Below are positions 51,505 through 61,047 of a stretch of DNA of 64,000 nt, piece by piece. Where the stretch lies: contig OZ220089.1 of NCBI GenBank assembly GCA_964291625.2, positions 1,376,001-1,440,000 of the forward strand, in the 5' to 3' direction. Within the stretch, counting starts at the first letter, position 1. Each line of letters starts with the position of its first letter. Source of the stretch: Candidatus Latescibacterota bacterium (GTDB lineage: Bacteria; Latescibacterota; UBA2968; UBA8231). The notes beneath the pieces are model-generated. The model did not search any database, was not told the DNA's origin, and worked only from the letters and a program-made list of their open reading frames with translations. Made by a program: the position numbers and the translations under genes.

Positions 51505-53247
51505 TCACCCCTCCTCGTAGACCGCCTCGCCGCGGTGCAGCCGCTGGGCGATCTGCAGCGTCTGGAGCAGCTCGCGCTGGGTCGGCACCTTGGCCGCCAG
51601 GTAGCGGGCGGCGGCCACCATCAGCACCCGCTGCTCATCGGCGTCGGTCCGCTCGCCGTGCTGGCGGATGGCGGCCTCGAGCATCTGGAAGCTGTGGAAC
51701 TCGGCGTCCTCCCTCACCAGGGACTCGGTGAGCGCCCGGAACAGGGGTCCCGCTTCGCCCCCTGACACCAGGTAGCCGGAGACGAGCCGCCCGGCTTCGT
51801 CGACCTGCTGCTGCTGGTTGAGCAGCTGCAGGTACTCCTCCATCGCCTCGTCGGGGTCCGCCGCGGCCGCTCCCTGGTTGGGCAGGCGGGCGGGCGGGAC
51901 GTTGAGGAAGCGGTCGAGGTAGACGCGCATCGCCCCGTGGTAGACGCCGCGCAGCATCTCCGGCGACTCCGCCCTCTTCAGCATCTGGTGCAGGGCGTTG
52001 GCGTACGAGAAGGTGTGGAGCACGGCGATCCAGTCGGAGAACTCGTTGTTCACGTGGAACCGGACGATGCGCAGGGCCGCGGCCATCGTCACCGCCTCCG
52101 CCAGTTGCACGGGGCGCGCGCCCTCCTTCAAGGCCTCGTTCAATCCCTCCACGATCGCGTGGGGATCGTCCTGCAACAGGGCGTCGGTGAACTCGCCACT
52201 GCCCTTCCACTCCCTCCCCCGGCCTTCCTCCAGCAGTCGATCCAGCGAATCGAAGGTCTCGCTCAGCAGGGTCACGAGGTCGACGGGAGAGCGCCAGCTG
52301 TTCTGCTCCTCGCTGCGCTGGGCGGCGCTCAGCTGGCGGATGAGCGAGGGCAGGACGTCGGCGGCGTGCTCCCAGCCGATGCGGTCGAGCAACTCGAAGG
52401 CCTTGTTGACGAAGTCGATGACGTGGCCGCCTTCGAGGTAGAAGTGGTCGGTCGCCGCCGCCACCATCATCTCCACCAGGTCGGCCGGGCTCGAAGGACC
52501 CTCGATGGCGGCCAGCAGGGTGCGCTCGGCCCCGTCGCCGTTGCGGACCTCGACCAGGTACCGGAACCACCGCCGGAGCGCGGCGTGGGGGATCTCCCTG
52601 CTCTCGAGGGGCCGCAGCGGCACCCGCGGCGGCTGGCCGCTGGTGTCCGACGCCACGTGCAGGATCCCCTGGTACAACGGGGCGATGCGCTCGTCGCCGT
52701 CGAGGTGGTCGCTGACGTTGGCCATGGCCGAGAGGATCGTCATGCCGTTGGACCACCCGGAGCGCCGCCGGCGCGCCCCGTAGAGGCTGCTGGCCCGCAC
52801 CACGTCGTCCGGGTCCGCCCCGGCGCGCAGGAGGGAGACCACGGCCTTGGCCATCACCAGCCGGATGTTCTGGTCCATGCCTTCCTCCAGCCGGCCCAGG
52901 CCGCGCTCGACCGGGTCGCGGGGGGGCGCGGAGACGTCGATGTACACGCGTCCGTCCCTCACCTCCACCGGGTAGACGGTCGCGTCGTCGGCGAAGAGGT
53001 CGAAGGTGCAGCCGCTCTTCAGGTCGAAGCGGGCGTGATGCCAGTGGCAGGTCAGGATGCCGTCCTCCACGGTCCCGCGGTGCAGCGGAAACCCCATGTG
53101 CGGACAGCGGTTGTCCACGGCGTGGAGGTTGCCCTCCGAGTAGAACACGACGATCGGTACGGGTCCGCCCGAGACCAGGGCCCTCCCCTTGTTCCTGATC
53201 TCGTCCAGGGTCCCCGCGTCCAACAGTCTCTCCGCTGATCTGTCCAT
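51505..53247 (-). CDS. Rieske [2Fe-2S]-domain protein with a large helical His-containing C-terminal region
   Basis: NRCPHMGFPL...TCHWHHARFD Rieske motif; ATG 53247 after GGAGAG. Confidence 0.85.
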   Translation of the reverse strand: MDRSAERLLDAGTLDEIRNKGRALVSGGPVPIVVFYSEGNLHAVDNRCPHMGFPLHRGTVEDGILTCHWHHARFDLKSGCTFDLFADDATVYPVEVRDGRVYIDVSAPPRDPVERGLGRLEEGMDQNIRLVMAKAVVSLLRAGADPDDVVRASSLYGARRRRSGWSNGMTILSAMANVSDHLDGDERIAPLYQGILHVASDTSGQPPRVPLRPLESREIPHAALRRWFRYLVEVRNGDGAERTLLAAIEGPSSPADLVEMMVAAATDHFYLEGGHVIDFVNKAFELLDRIGWEHAADVLPSLIRQLSAAQRSEEQNSWRSPVDLVTLLSETFDSLDRLLEEGRGREWKGSGEFTDALLQDDPHAIVEGLNEALKEGARPVQLAEAVTMAAALRIVRFHVNNEFSDWIAVLHTFSYANALHQMLKRAESPEMLRGVYHGAMRVYLDRFLNVPPARLPNQGAAAADPDEAMEEYLQLLNQQQQVDEAGRLVSGYLVSGGEAGPLFRALTESLVREDAEFHSFQMLEAAIRQHGERTDADEQRVLMVAAARYLAAKVPTQRELLQTLQIAQRLHRGEAVYEEG

Positions 53248-53291
53248 GACTCTCTCCCTTCGGATGGCGGCTCCCCGTGAGCCGTGGACCG

Positions 53292-53322
53292 AATCTGCAA
53301 CTTCAAGTATACTTGAAGTCAA
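53292..53322 (-). promoter_or_regulatory. SoxR box within a MerR-type 19-bp-spacer promoter
   Basis: Perfect palindrome ACTTCAAGTATACTTGAAGT 53300-53319. On the minus strand TTGACT (53322-53317), 19 bp, CAGATT (53297-53292) points at the Rieske gene. Confidence 0.88.
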
Positions 53323-53333
53323 GGAGAAACTTC

Positions 53334-53804
53334 ATGGCCCACCTTGCGGAGTCCCTGACCATCGGTGAGGTAGCGGCCCGAAGCGGGGTCGCCACCTCCG
53401 CCCTGCGCTTCTACGAGGAGGAAGGACTGATCTCCTCGGAGCGGACCGGCGGCAACCAGCGCCGCTATCCGCGGGCGGTGCTGCGGCGGGTCGCCGTCAT
53501 CCGGGCCGCCCAGAGGATCGGCGTGTCCCTCCGGGAGATCCGCACGGCCCTGGACGGGCTTCCCAGCGGGCGCACCCCCAACAAGGCGGAGTGGGCGAAG
53601 CTGTCCCGGGGCTGGAGGGATCAGCTCGAGGAGCGGATCGAGACGCTGGAGAGGTTGAAGGAGAGCCTCACCGGGTGCATCGGCTGCGGCTGCCTGTCCC
53701 TGCGGTCGTGCAAGCTCTTCAACCGGGAGGACGAGATTGCCTCCCGCGTCGACGGCAGCCTGCTGATGGGGAAGCCCGCGCCGAGACGCCCGTCCTCCGG
53801 GTGA
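53334..53804 (+). CDS. soxR: Redox-sensitive transcriptional activator SoxR
   Basis: LTIGEVAARSGVATSALRFYE..GLI.S.R..GNQRRY and the CIGCGCLSLRSC [2Fe-2S] motif; AAGGAG RBS. Confidence 0.95.
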   Translation: MAHLAESLTIGEVAARSGVATSALRFYEEEGLISSERTGGNQRRYPRAVLRRVAVIRAAQRIGVSLREIRTALDGLPSGRTPNKAEWAKLSRGWRDQLEERIETLERLKESLTGCIGCGCLSLRSCKLFNREDEIASRVDGSLLMGKPAPRRPSSG

Positions 53805-53889
53805 CGGCGCCGGGGAGCACCGACCGAACTCGGCTCGATCGAGGCACGCGCGTCGTTTGTGTGTCCTGTGCGACCGACAAGCCGGACCG

Positions 53890-55824
53890 TTACAGGTTCT
53901 GCAGCCCCCACTCCCAGGCCAGGATGACGATCTTCGGGCTCCACTCGCCGATGATGAGTCCCAGGAACAGCGGCTTAAGCGTGTTGTAGAGCCGCGGTCC
54001 CCCCAAGCGCAGGACGGCGGTCTTGATCGCCCAGGCGATGAGGATGCTGAGGAACATCTTGTAAGTCGCCAGGCTCACTGGAAAGCCGATCGGGTGGAAG
54101 GGCCACCACACGAAGCGCTGCCGGGCGAACATCAGCAGCCCCATCACCAGCGCCCCGATGCCGGTGTGGCCCCAATAACCCCAGTTCGTCTCGGTGCTCG
54201 TCTGCAGCCGGGCGGCCGCGTCCTGCCACTGGTAGTACCCCTGCTCCTTCAGCGTGTGGGTGATGTTCAGGCCGCCGTGCTCGTAGGCCGTGCCCAGGAA
54301 GACGGCCATGCCGCCGCAGATCGACACCGCGATGGCGATCAGCATGCTGGCCAGGAGCATCCGGCGGTGCCGGCGGATGGTCTCCTCCACCACCTTGAGG
54401 CTCTGCGCCGCGCAGGCCATCACCAGGATGATCATGTCCGCCGCCCAGGCATAGGTGAACCCGAGGGCGACGATCCCCGTCGGTCCCAGGGCGCGGGTCC
54501 CGAGACCGCCGACGATGGCGTCGGAGGCGATGATGGGACAGGCGAACCAGGGGATCCCCCCTTCGCAGACGACGCGGGTGATCCCCAGGTAGAGGAGGAA
54601 GGCCAGCCCCAGGTAGAGGGGCGCGATCCAGGCCGGGAGCCCGAGGAGCCAGAGCCAGAAGCAGATGAACGAGAAGCTGCCGGCGAAGAGGAGGACGGCG
54701 GTGCGGTAGGACATGATCTCGTCCCCTTCGCTGGCGTCCACCTCCGACGACAGACCCAGGGCGCGGCGCCCGACGGCCACGATGTGCCTCCGCCCGTTCC
54801 ACAGGCCGACGACCACCAGGGCGATGAAGGCGCCCAACCCCTCGAAGGAGAAGGTCGTGGGCGAGCGCGTCCACGGACTCATGAGCGGGTCCGTGTCGCC
54901 GCCCCCCGTCAGCGTCGAGACGATCTGGTAGGCCATGTAGACGAAGTAGTAGAAGCAGATCCCCAGGGTCACGTCGCGGCGGATGAAGTAGGCGAACCCG
55001 AGCATCATGAAGCTGATGCCCATGCGCACCTGCGCGACGTCGCGGAAGAGGTAGACGTACTGCCCGCCCACGTGGATCGGGTCCAGGGGGTAGTAGCGGC
55101 TCAGACCGTTGTTGACGCCGATGATGAAGGGCAGGAGGAAACCGAGCCAGAAGATCCAGTTGCGGAACAGGGGCTTGACCAGACCGGGGCGCGCGCCTTC
55201 GCCGGCGTCGTCCTGGATCATGGCGATCGGCAGCTGCATCATCGGGTAGACGAGCCGCTCGTTGTCGATCCACTGCTTGCGCAGGATGACGGCGACCGAG
55301 ACCATGGCGACCCAGAGAGACATCGCCATCGGCCCCCAGCCGATCAACAGCACCGGCAGCCACATCCCCCACGGCACCGTGCCGTCGCCGGACCCTTCGT
55401 AGAAACCGCGGATGTCCTGGAAGTAATGGGAGGGTACCACCCAGCTCGGAATGTAGGGGATCACCGCCTCGGCCCAGGCGTTCTCCGGGGAGATGTAATA
55501 GGCCATGGAGGTGATGTGGGGCAGCAGGTAGTCGGGCAGGCCGTTGGTGGCGACGCCGGAGCCGACGATCCACATCACGTATACCTGGGCCAGCTCGGGC
55601 GGCGTCAGCACCCAGTTGCGGTTGAGGAGTCCCAGCAGGGGGTTCACGACCAGCGCCATCAGGAACAGCATGAGGTTGGCGCCGATGGCGAAGTGCCAGG
55701 TGGAGAAGGCTCCGACGCGCAGGACGTAGGTGGAGTAGTTGAACCCCGCCCCGACGACGATGCACCCGAGGGTGCCGACGATCAGTCCGCGGTAGGTGCA
55801 GCCGAAGACGCGAGGTGTGTCCAT
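53890..55824 (-). CDS. Polytopic membrane protein, DUF6785/DUF6784-like (putative peptide transporter)
   Basis: Many TM segments; RKQWIDNERLVYP, WWPFHPIGF and LRLGG..LY...PLFLGLIIGE motifs. Confidence 0.72.
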   Translation of the reverse strand: MDTPRVFGCTYRGLIVGTLGCIVVGAGFNYSTYVLRVGAFSTWHFAIGANLMLFLMALVVNPLLGLLNRNWVLTPPELAQVYVMWIVGSGVATNGLPDYLLPHITSMAYYISPENAWAEAVIPYIPSWVVPSHYFQDIRGFYEGSGDGTVPWGMWLPVLLIGWGPMAMSLWVAMVSVAVILRKQWIDNERLVYPMMQLPIAMIQDDAGEGARPGLVKPLFRNWIFWLGFLLPFIIGVNNGLSRYYPLDPIHVGGQYVYLFRDVAQVRMGISFMMLGFAYFIRRDVTLGICFYYFVYMAYQIVSTLTGGGDTDPLMSPWTRSPTTFSFEGLGAFIALVVVGLWNGRRHIVAVGRRALGLSSEVDASEGDEIMSYRTAVLLFAGSFSFICFWLWLLGLPAWIAPLYLGLAFLLYLGITRVVCEGGIPWFACPIIASDAIVGGLGTRALGPTGIVALGFTYAWAADMIILVMACAAQSLKVVEETIRRHRRMLLASMLIAIAVSICGGMAVFLGTAYEHGGLNITHTLKEQGYYQWQDAAARLQTSTETNWGYWGHTGIGALVMGLLMFARQRFVWWPFHPIGFPVSLATYKMFLSILIAWAIKTAVLRLGGPRLYNTLKPLFLGLIIGEWSPKIVILAWEWGLQNL

Positions 55825-56023
55825 GCGGGTAGAGGTCGGGTGAGCCGGACGGCAATCGGTCAGGGGCGATTCGACACTATAGCCACCGATAAAGTGCTAT
55901 ACAAGGCGGGGAGCCTCGGCGATTCCCTGGACGCATGGACGCCCCCGTTGGGGCTACACCCTCACCCGGTGCTTGAGCGGACCTGACGTAGTGCCGTGAC
56001 AAGGCGTCATCCCTCAGCACCGT

Positions 56024-56223
56024 GGCTGGAGGGATCAGCTCGAGGAGCGGACCGCGACGCTTGAGAGGCTGAAGGAGAGCCTGACCGGGTGCACGAGTTA
56101 CGGCTGGCTGTCCCTGCGGACGTACAAGCTCTTCAACCGGGGGGACGAGATGGCGTCCCGGATCGACGGCAGCTTGCTGATAGGGAAACCCGCGCCGAGA
56201 CACCCGTCCTCCGGGTGATGGCG
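56024..56223 (+). pseudogene. Decayed duplicate of the soxR 3' end (53610-53809)
   Basis: Ungapped alignment at offset 2414 with about 23 substitutions in 200 bp; no 5' half. Confidence 0.88.
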
Positions 56224-56248
56224 AGGCGAGCTACATGGATCGAATGTC

Positions 56249-56527
56249 TCACAATCTGTATGCGTCATGGGGACCGACAGCGATTGCTTTGCCAACTCCT
56301 TGCCCGAGATCTTGAAAGATGAACCTGTGCTTGTCATCCAGTCTTACGGAATGAAGCGCGGGCTGGTTCCTTCGCTGCCCACCCAGCTTCTCGAGCTTTC
56401 GGCCTGGCGACAGTTCTCCCCTCTCGAATTCATCGAAGAGATCAATCAACTCCTTCTTCACCTTGGGATGTAACCTGCGAGCAGCCTTGCGAAATCTGTT
56501 GGTTGCATGGAAACTACGAATCCGCAT
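56249..56527 (-). CDS. RelE/HigB-like toxin
   Basis: Basic 92-aa protein: TNRFRKAARRL...LEKLGG...HSVRLDDKHRFIF...VGPHD. Confidence 0.7.
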   Translation of the reverse strand: MRIRSFHATNRFRKAARRLHPKVKKELIDLFDEFERGELSPGRKLEKLGGQRRNQPALHSVRLDDKHRFIFQDLGQGVGKAIAVGPHDAYRL

Positions 56528-57011
56528 CAATGTCGTCTCGCAAGAACTTCATGAGACCATCTCCGCCCCTGATCGTTCCGGCAACCTCAGAAGCCTGGCC
56601 GTCATGGATCAGAATGGTCCATCGAGCTTCTTCAAGGATGATCGTGAGTCTTCTGTAGAGATCATCTAACTGATCCAGTTCCCCAATCTGTTCCTTGTAG
56701 CCTTTGTGAACCAAGTCAGACCGTAGATGTCGTAGTTCGGCACGTTGCGCGTCAAAGTACCCCTCGGCCTTCTCCAGAAGAGGAACGGCAGTGTCATCAG
56801 GATCAATCTCGTCATCCTCCGGGTAGTCCTTGGCAAGCTCGGCAAATCGTCTGTGGAACTCCTCGACCAAAGGGGCCAGTCCCTCACGGAGCGCTCTGTA
56901 TCTCTCCAGGTCCACATCGGCCCTCAACGGCTCAGAGAGCCAAACCATCGTGCCAGTGACGTTCCGAATCGTCTCACCGGCTCCTGCTGGCGGCTGGACA
57001 AGTGTGCTCAT
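56514..57011 (-). CDS. Hypothetical acidic helical protein, candidate antitoxin
   Basis: 165 aa, D/E-rich, directly upstream of the RelE-like gene and overlapping it; GGAG RBS. Confidence 0.55.
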   Translation of the reverse strand: MSTLVQPPAGAGETIRNVTGTMVWLSEPLRADVDLERYRALREGLAPLVEEFHRRFAELAKDYPEDDEIDPDDTAVPLLEKAEGYFDAQRAELRHLRSDLVHKGYKEQIGELDQLDDLYRRLTIILEEARWTILIHDGQASEVAGTIRGGDGLMKFLRDDIDADS

Positions 57012-57161
57012 GCCTGTTCTCCGCGGTTTCTACCCTGGTTCTTCTCAGCCTTCTTTCGCTTGCTTCTCACGTCGTTCCACCAGGATGGTGAAGGAATGTA
57101 CAGTATCCGGTGACTCCGATAGAGTCAATCTCTCCTTGGCAGATGTGTGCTGAGCTCGTGA

Positions 57162-59141
57162 TCAGGAGCCCGGCCGGTACTCCATCTCGACCCGGTTCTC
57201 GGGGCCCCTCAGGCCCATGGTGTTGACCGCCCGCGCCCGCAGGCGGTTGCGGCCCGGACGCAGCTCCCACTCGAAGGAGGGCTCGCTCTCCTCCCACTCT
57301 CCCCGGTCGAGGCTGACCTCGAAGCGGTCCAGGTGGGGGATGGGGCCGGAGAGCCTCACCGTCAGGGCCGCGGCCGTCTTCGTGTCCTGCAGGTCGATCC
57401 GCGTCCGGTTCAGGTCCCAGTAGAAGTCCTCCGGCCGGTTCGTCTGCAGCGAGTACTCGGGATACCTCGGGTCGAGGCTGTCCGTCCACCACAGGTGGCC
57501 GTCCCAGTGGTACTGGTCCATCCCCTGCTCCAGTTCCTGCGGCTCGGGGCGGTAGAGGTGGTCGTTGCGCAAGGGCATGCCGAAGCGCTGGTAGAGCTGG
57601 GCGAACATCGTCCGGAGCCGCTCGTCGGGGACGGGCGGCGGCGGCACGAACTCCAGGTCCCCCATGCGGCCGGCGGCGGCGAGGCGGTGCATCTCGAGGG
57701 CGTTGATGGGGACCCCGGACTCCTCGTACTGGAAGGCGACCTCGTGGCCGGGCAGGAGTCCCGGGTCCTGAAGGATCCACTTGCCGTGCTCGTCGGACCA
57801 GATCTCGGCCAGGCAGTGGTGGTCGACGATGAGGGCGCGGGCGTGGTAGCCGAGGGCGGCGGCGCACTGGCTGAAGACGGCGGCGTAGTGGGTGCACATG
57901 CCCAGGGCCAGGTTCTGCGGGGCCAGTTCCAGGATCTCGAGGGCGTCCCACTGGGGGCAGTAGTTGTAGGTGTTGTCGTTCCAGCCCTCCCACTGGCGGC
58001 GGACCCACTGGCGCAGCAGGGCGAACCGCTCCATCTCGGTCTGCCCGGGCGCCACGACTTCCTCCAGGCGGTGCTTCTCGCGCAGGTGACGCATGCGGGG
58101 GTGGTGCGGGTCGGCGTAGTCGAAGGGATAGGAGGAGACGGCCAGGTCGTTCTCCGGCGCCTCGACCACCTCGATCCGCCGGAGGTTGGCGCCGACGGCC
58201 CGTCCCGAGGCCTCGATGGTGACGCTCTTGAGCAGCGGGGTGACGGCGGGATCCCGACTGGAGAGGGTTGCCCGCCACTGCACGAACCGCGCAGCAGGCA
58301 GGGCCTCTCCCGAATCGGCAGCACGCCAGGAGGTCCACCGGTCCGAAGCGTAGAGCGCCGTCGAGCCGGATCTCACCTCGAAGCGGACCGAGGTCCCCGG
58401 CGGCGTTTCCGGAGTGGCCGAGAGGCGCAGGGCCTTCACCTCCATCCCGGGAGCCACGGCAGGCCCGGCGGCCAGGTCCATAACCGGAGATGTGGCCACG
58501 CCCTCCTGCGGATGGCCGCGGACCCTCAGGCGGACGACATACTCCCCGGTGAGGTCGTTGGCCGCCCCGAGCATGTCCCCCTTCCACTCGCCATGGCCCC
58601 CCAGGCGCTTGAAGCTGTTGCGGCCGGGCTCGTCGGCGTCGATGACCAGCGACCCGGCGCCGGAGAAGACCAGCTCGTTGCGGCCCGGGCGCAGATAGTG
58701 GCCGGGGATCGTCTCCCGGTCCCAGCCGCCGGTGAGCATCCTCTCGAGGTCCTGCACGTGGCGGATCTCGCGGCCGTTGACGGTGATCAGCAGGGGCTCC
58801 TCCTCGGTGCCGCCGCCCCCGTGGAACAGGACCTCCGCCGACTCCACCGCCGCCGGCAGGTCGAAGAGCTTCTTCGCCTCCACATCGGGCGTCAGGCTCT
58901 CCCGGATCTTGGAGCTGCGCGCCATGGCGTCGGCGATCAGATAGCTCGGCGCCAGGCAGAGCCCGCCGGCGTCGGCGCAGTAGTCGGTGAAGCGGTCGCG
59001 GGTGCAGCCGGCGAGGGCTTCAGCCTCGAGGGTGGTCTTCCACTCGGTCATGGGAGGCGCGGCGGAGGTGGTGCCGGCGGGCGCCAGCAGCGCCACCAGG
59101 GCGAGGGGGGCGAACCGGGAGGCCAAAGTTGGTCCCTGCAT
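57162..59141 (-). CDS. Secreted transglutaminase-like (Cys-His-Asp) protein
   Basis: Signal peptide; GMCTHYAAVF...HHCLAEIWSDEHGKWILQDP; C-terminal Ig-like segment. Confidence 0.75.
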   Translation of the reverse strand: MQGPTLASRFAPLALVALLAPAGTTSAAPPMTEWKTTLEAEALAGCTRDRFTDYCADAGGLCLAPSYLIADAMARSSKIRESLTPDVEAKKLFDLPAAVESAEVLFHGGGGTEEEPLLITVNGREIRHVQDLERMLTGGWDRETIPGHYLRPGRNELVFSGAGSLVIDADEPGRNSFKRLGGHGEWKGDMLGAANDLTGEYVVRLRVRGHPQEGVATSPVMDLAAGPAVAPGMEVKALRLSATPETPPGTSVRFEVRSGSTALYASDRWTSWRAADSGEALPAARFVQWRATLSSRDPAVTPLLKSVTIEASGRAVGANLRRIEVVEAPENDLAVSSYPFDYADPHHPRMRHLREKHRLEEVVAPGQTEMERFALLRQWVRRQWEGWNDNTYNYCPQWDALEILELAPQNLALGMCTHYAAVFSQCAAALGYHARALIVDHHCLAEIWSDEHGKWILQDPGLLPGHEVAFQYEESGVPINALEMHRLAAAGRMGDLEFVPPPPVPDERLRTMFAQLYQRFGMPLRNDHLYRPEPQELEQGMDQYHWDGHLWWTDSLDPRYPEYSLQTNRPEDFYWDLNRTRIDLQDTKTAAALTVRLSGPIPHLDRFEVSLDRGEWEESEPSFEWELRPGRNRLRARAVNTMGLRGPENRVEMEYRPGS

Positions 59142-59144
59142 CCT

Positions 59145-59735
59145 TCAGTCTCCGTTGCTGCGATAGCTGCGCGACATCTTCCGGGACTCGGGACAGAACA
59201 GCCTCGCCAGGGGATAGAGCACCGCGCCGCCGACGCCGCCCACAACCGACGCGGCCATGAAGAAGTCCCGGTCGTAGCTCAGATCGGCGGCCAGCAGATC
59301 GCGGTCCCCTGCGAGGTACCTCCGCGGCGCAAGGAGCGAGTCGATCGTGTCGAGGCCGCCGAGGGCCCCCTGGAGGGACCACCGCGGCACCTGACCCAGC
59401 CGCTCCGCAAAGGAGGTTCGCGGCCGCAGGTCTCTGTATGTAAAGGGCACGGCGACGGTGGGCTTGTCGGAAACGGAGTCGGGCTCCGTCTTCAACTGCT
59501 TCGAGGACGCGAGGAGATACCGCCCCTTCGGCGCCACGGCGCTCACCGCGACGGGCCTGGTCTCGCTGTCGACGGCGGAGGTGCTGTCGATGTCCCCATC
59601 AGCGGTGAAGATCACCTCGGCCCGGAAACGATCCTCGACGGACTCTCCCCGCGCCGGGTCGTGCAGGACGAGGCGGCTGTGGGAGCAGCCCATGCAGAGC
59701 AGAACCCACATCGACACGAAGACGAGTGACTTCAC
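59145..59735 (-). CDS. Hypothetical lipoprotein/membrane protein
   Basis: Lipobox-like LCMGC and a C-terminal hydrophobic segment; GTGA overlap with the upstream gene. Confidence 0.55.
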   Translation of the reverse strand: MKSLVFVSMWVLLCMGCSHSRLVLHDPARGESVEDRFRAEVIFTADGDIDSTSAVDSETRPVAVSAVAPKGRYLLASSKQLKTEPDSVSDKPTVAVPFTYRDLRPRTSFAERLGQVPRWSLQGALGGLDTIDSLLAPRRYLAGDRDLLAADLSYDRDFFMAASVVGGVGGAVLYPLARLFCPESRKMSRSYRSNGD

Positions 59736-60151
59736 GGCGAGTCCTCCTTCGCGGCTCCATCCGCGAACGACTCCTCACCCCTCTCCTCCTGCTTCCGCCT
59801 CAGCTCCGCGATCTCTTCATCCGTCAGGCTCTCCTCAACCGTCACCTCTGTCCGCTGGATCAGCTCCAGCCTCAGCTCCCGGCGGGTCAGCCACTCCCAC
59901 CGTTCAGCGTTGACCGGGTGAGGATGGGGATGAACGTCGTCGGGCGCGATCTCCTCGGCCACGATGTGGAGATACCCCGGAGTGGCGCCGTCGTGCTTCA
60001 GGCTCGCGTCGGACATGGAGAGCAGGGTGGGTCTGTGGGAGAAGGCCTTGGCCACGTCCCGGCGCCGGGTGATCGAGCTGCCGGACCGCAGGCGCGTGAG
60101 CGCTTGCTGGGAGCCGTGATACCAGGTGCGGCTGAAATCCCGGTCCGGCAT
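59732..60151 (-). CDS. Small hypothetical protein, possibly ADP-ribosyltransferase-like
   Basis: WYHGS...L.RLRSGSSIT....A.AFS...GYLH...EW pattern; TGATG overlap with AAC(3). Confidence 0.55.
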   Translation of the reverse strand: MPDRDFSRTWYHGSQQALTRLRSGSSITRRRDVAKAFSHRPTLLSMSDASLKHDGATPGYLHIVAEEIAPDDVHPHPHPVNAERWEWLTRRELRLELIQRTEVTVEESLTDEEIAELRRKQEERGEESFADGAAKEDSP

Positions 60152-60978
60152 CAGCTCGTCCGGTTCTCTTCCAGCCAGGAGACCGCGAAGTCCACCACGT
60201 CCCGCTGCGGCATCAGCTGGCCGTCGGCGAGACCGACCCGGCCGCGGCGGACCCCATGGCCCGCCTCCGACTGCAGGAAGGCCTCGCCCACGCGGTCGAA
60301 GTCGGAACTGTCGTTCTCGAACTCGGAGAAGGTGACCCATCCCGTGGCGGCCGGCGCCCCGTCCTCGATGATCCGCTTGGTGGCATAGTCGGCCCGGTAC
60401 TCCGCCAGGTGCATGGAGGTGTTGCGCTCATGCCCCACGCCGAGGAGCAGGACGTGGGCGTGCAGATCGTAGAGCCGCCCGAGGGGCGAGTCCTCGCCGA
60501 GGCCGTTGACCAGGCAGTGGTCGGCCGTGATCTCCCGCGCCCGGGGGCCGAGGGCGCAGACCGAGACGTGGGGATGGTCACTGCGGAGGACCCCCCTCTG
60601 CTTGCGGAAGGTCTCGGGGATGACGCCCATGGAGCGGGTCGGCGTGAGGTCCGGGTCGAAGGCCGGCATGCTCTCGCGGATGACCGGCCACCACGACTCG
60701 GGCACGGGAGGGCTCTCCCACCGGCTCGGCTCGGTCAGGTCGCTCGAGTGGGCCGGCATGACCAGGGTCCCGTCCGGGCCCAGGGCCTGCTGAAGGGCGA
60801 GGATGACGGCCACCGGTCCGCCGCAGACCCAGCCCATGGCGCTCAGGGAGGAGTGGACCAGCACCACCATGCCCGGGGTGACGCCGAGGGCGCGGAGATC
60901 GGCCTTCAGGGATGCCACCGTGGCGGGGGTTTCCGTCTGTGAAACGAGCTTCTGCACGGTGAAACAGAACGTATGCAT
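60151..60978 (-). CDS. AAC(3)/YokD-family N-acetyltransferase
   Basis: VLVHSSLSAMGWVCGG, GTLVMP, MGVIPETFR, RSDHP and NTSMHLAE motifs; start may be GTG 60957. Confidence 0.9.
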   Translation of the reverse strand: MHTFCFTVQKLVSQTETPATVASLKADLRALGVTPGMVVLVHSSLSAMGWVCGGPVAVILALQQALGPDGTLVMPAHSSDLTEPSRWESPPVPESWWPVIRESMPAFDPDLTPTRSMGVIPETFRKQRGVLRSDHPHVSVCALGPRAREITADHCLVNGLGEDSPLGRLYDLHAHVLLLGVGHERNTSMHLAEYRADYATKRIIEDGAPAATGWVTFSEFENDSSDFDRVGEAFLQSEAGHGVRRGRVGLADGQLMPQRDVVDFAVSWLEENRTS

Positions 60979-61047
60979 CCGCGATGACCTGAACCACGAG
61001 CCGCCCGGTTGGACTATCCTTCAGTCGATCTCGACACCCCTGCCACC

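Noticed and set aside
30917-56223. Diversity-generating retroelement as the source of the paralog or soxR-copy differences
   Set aside because: Substitutions are not adenine-specific and no reverse transcriptase is in the window.
60151-60978. Bona fide aminoglycoside resistance gene
   Set aside because: It looks like the widespread chromosomal YokD-type branch; the substrate cannot be inferred from sequence.
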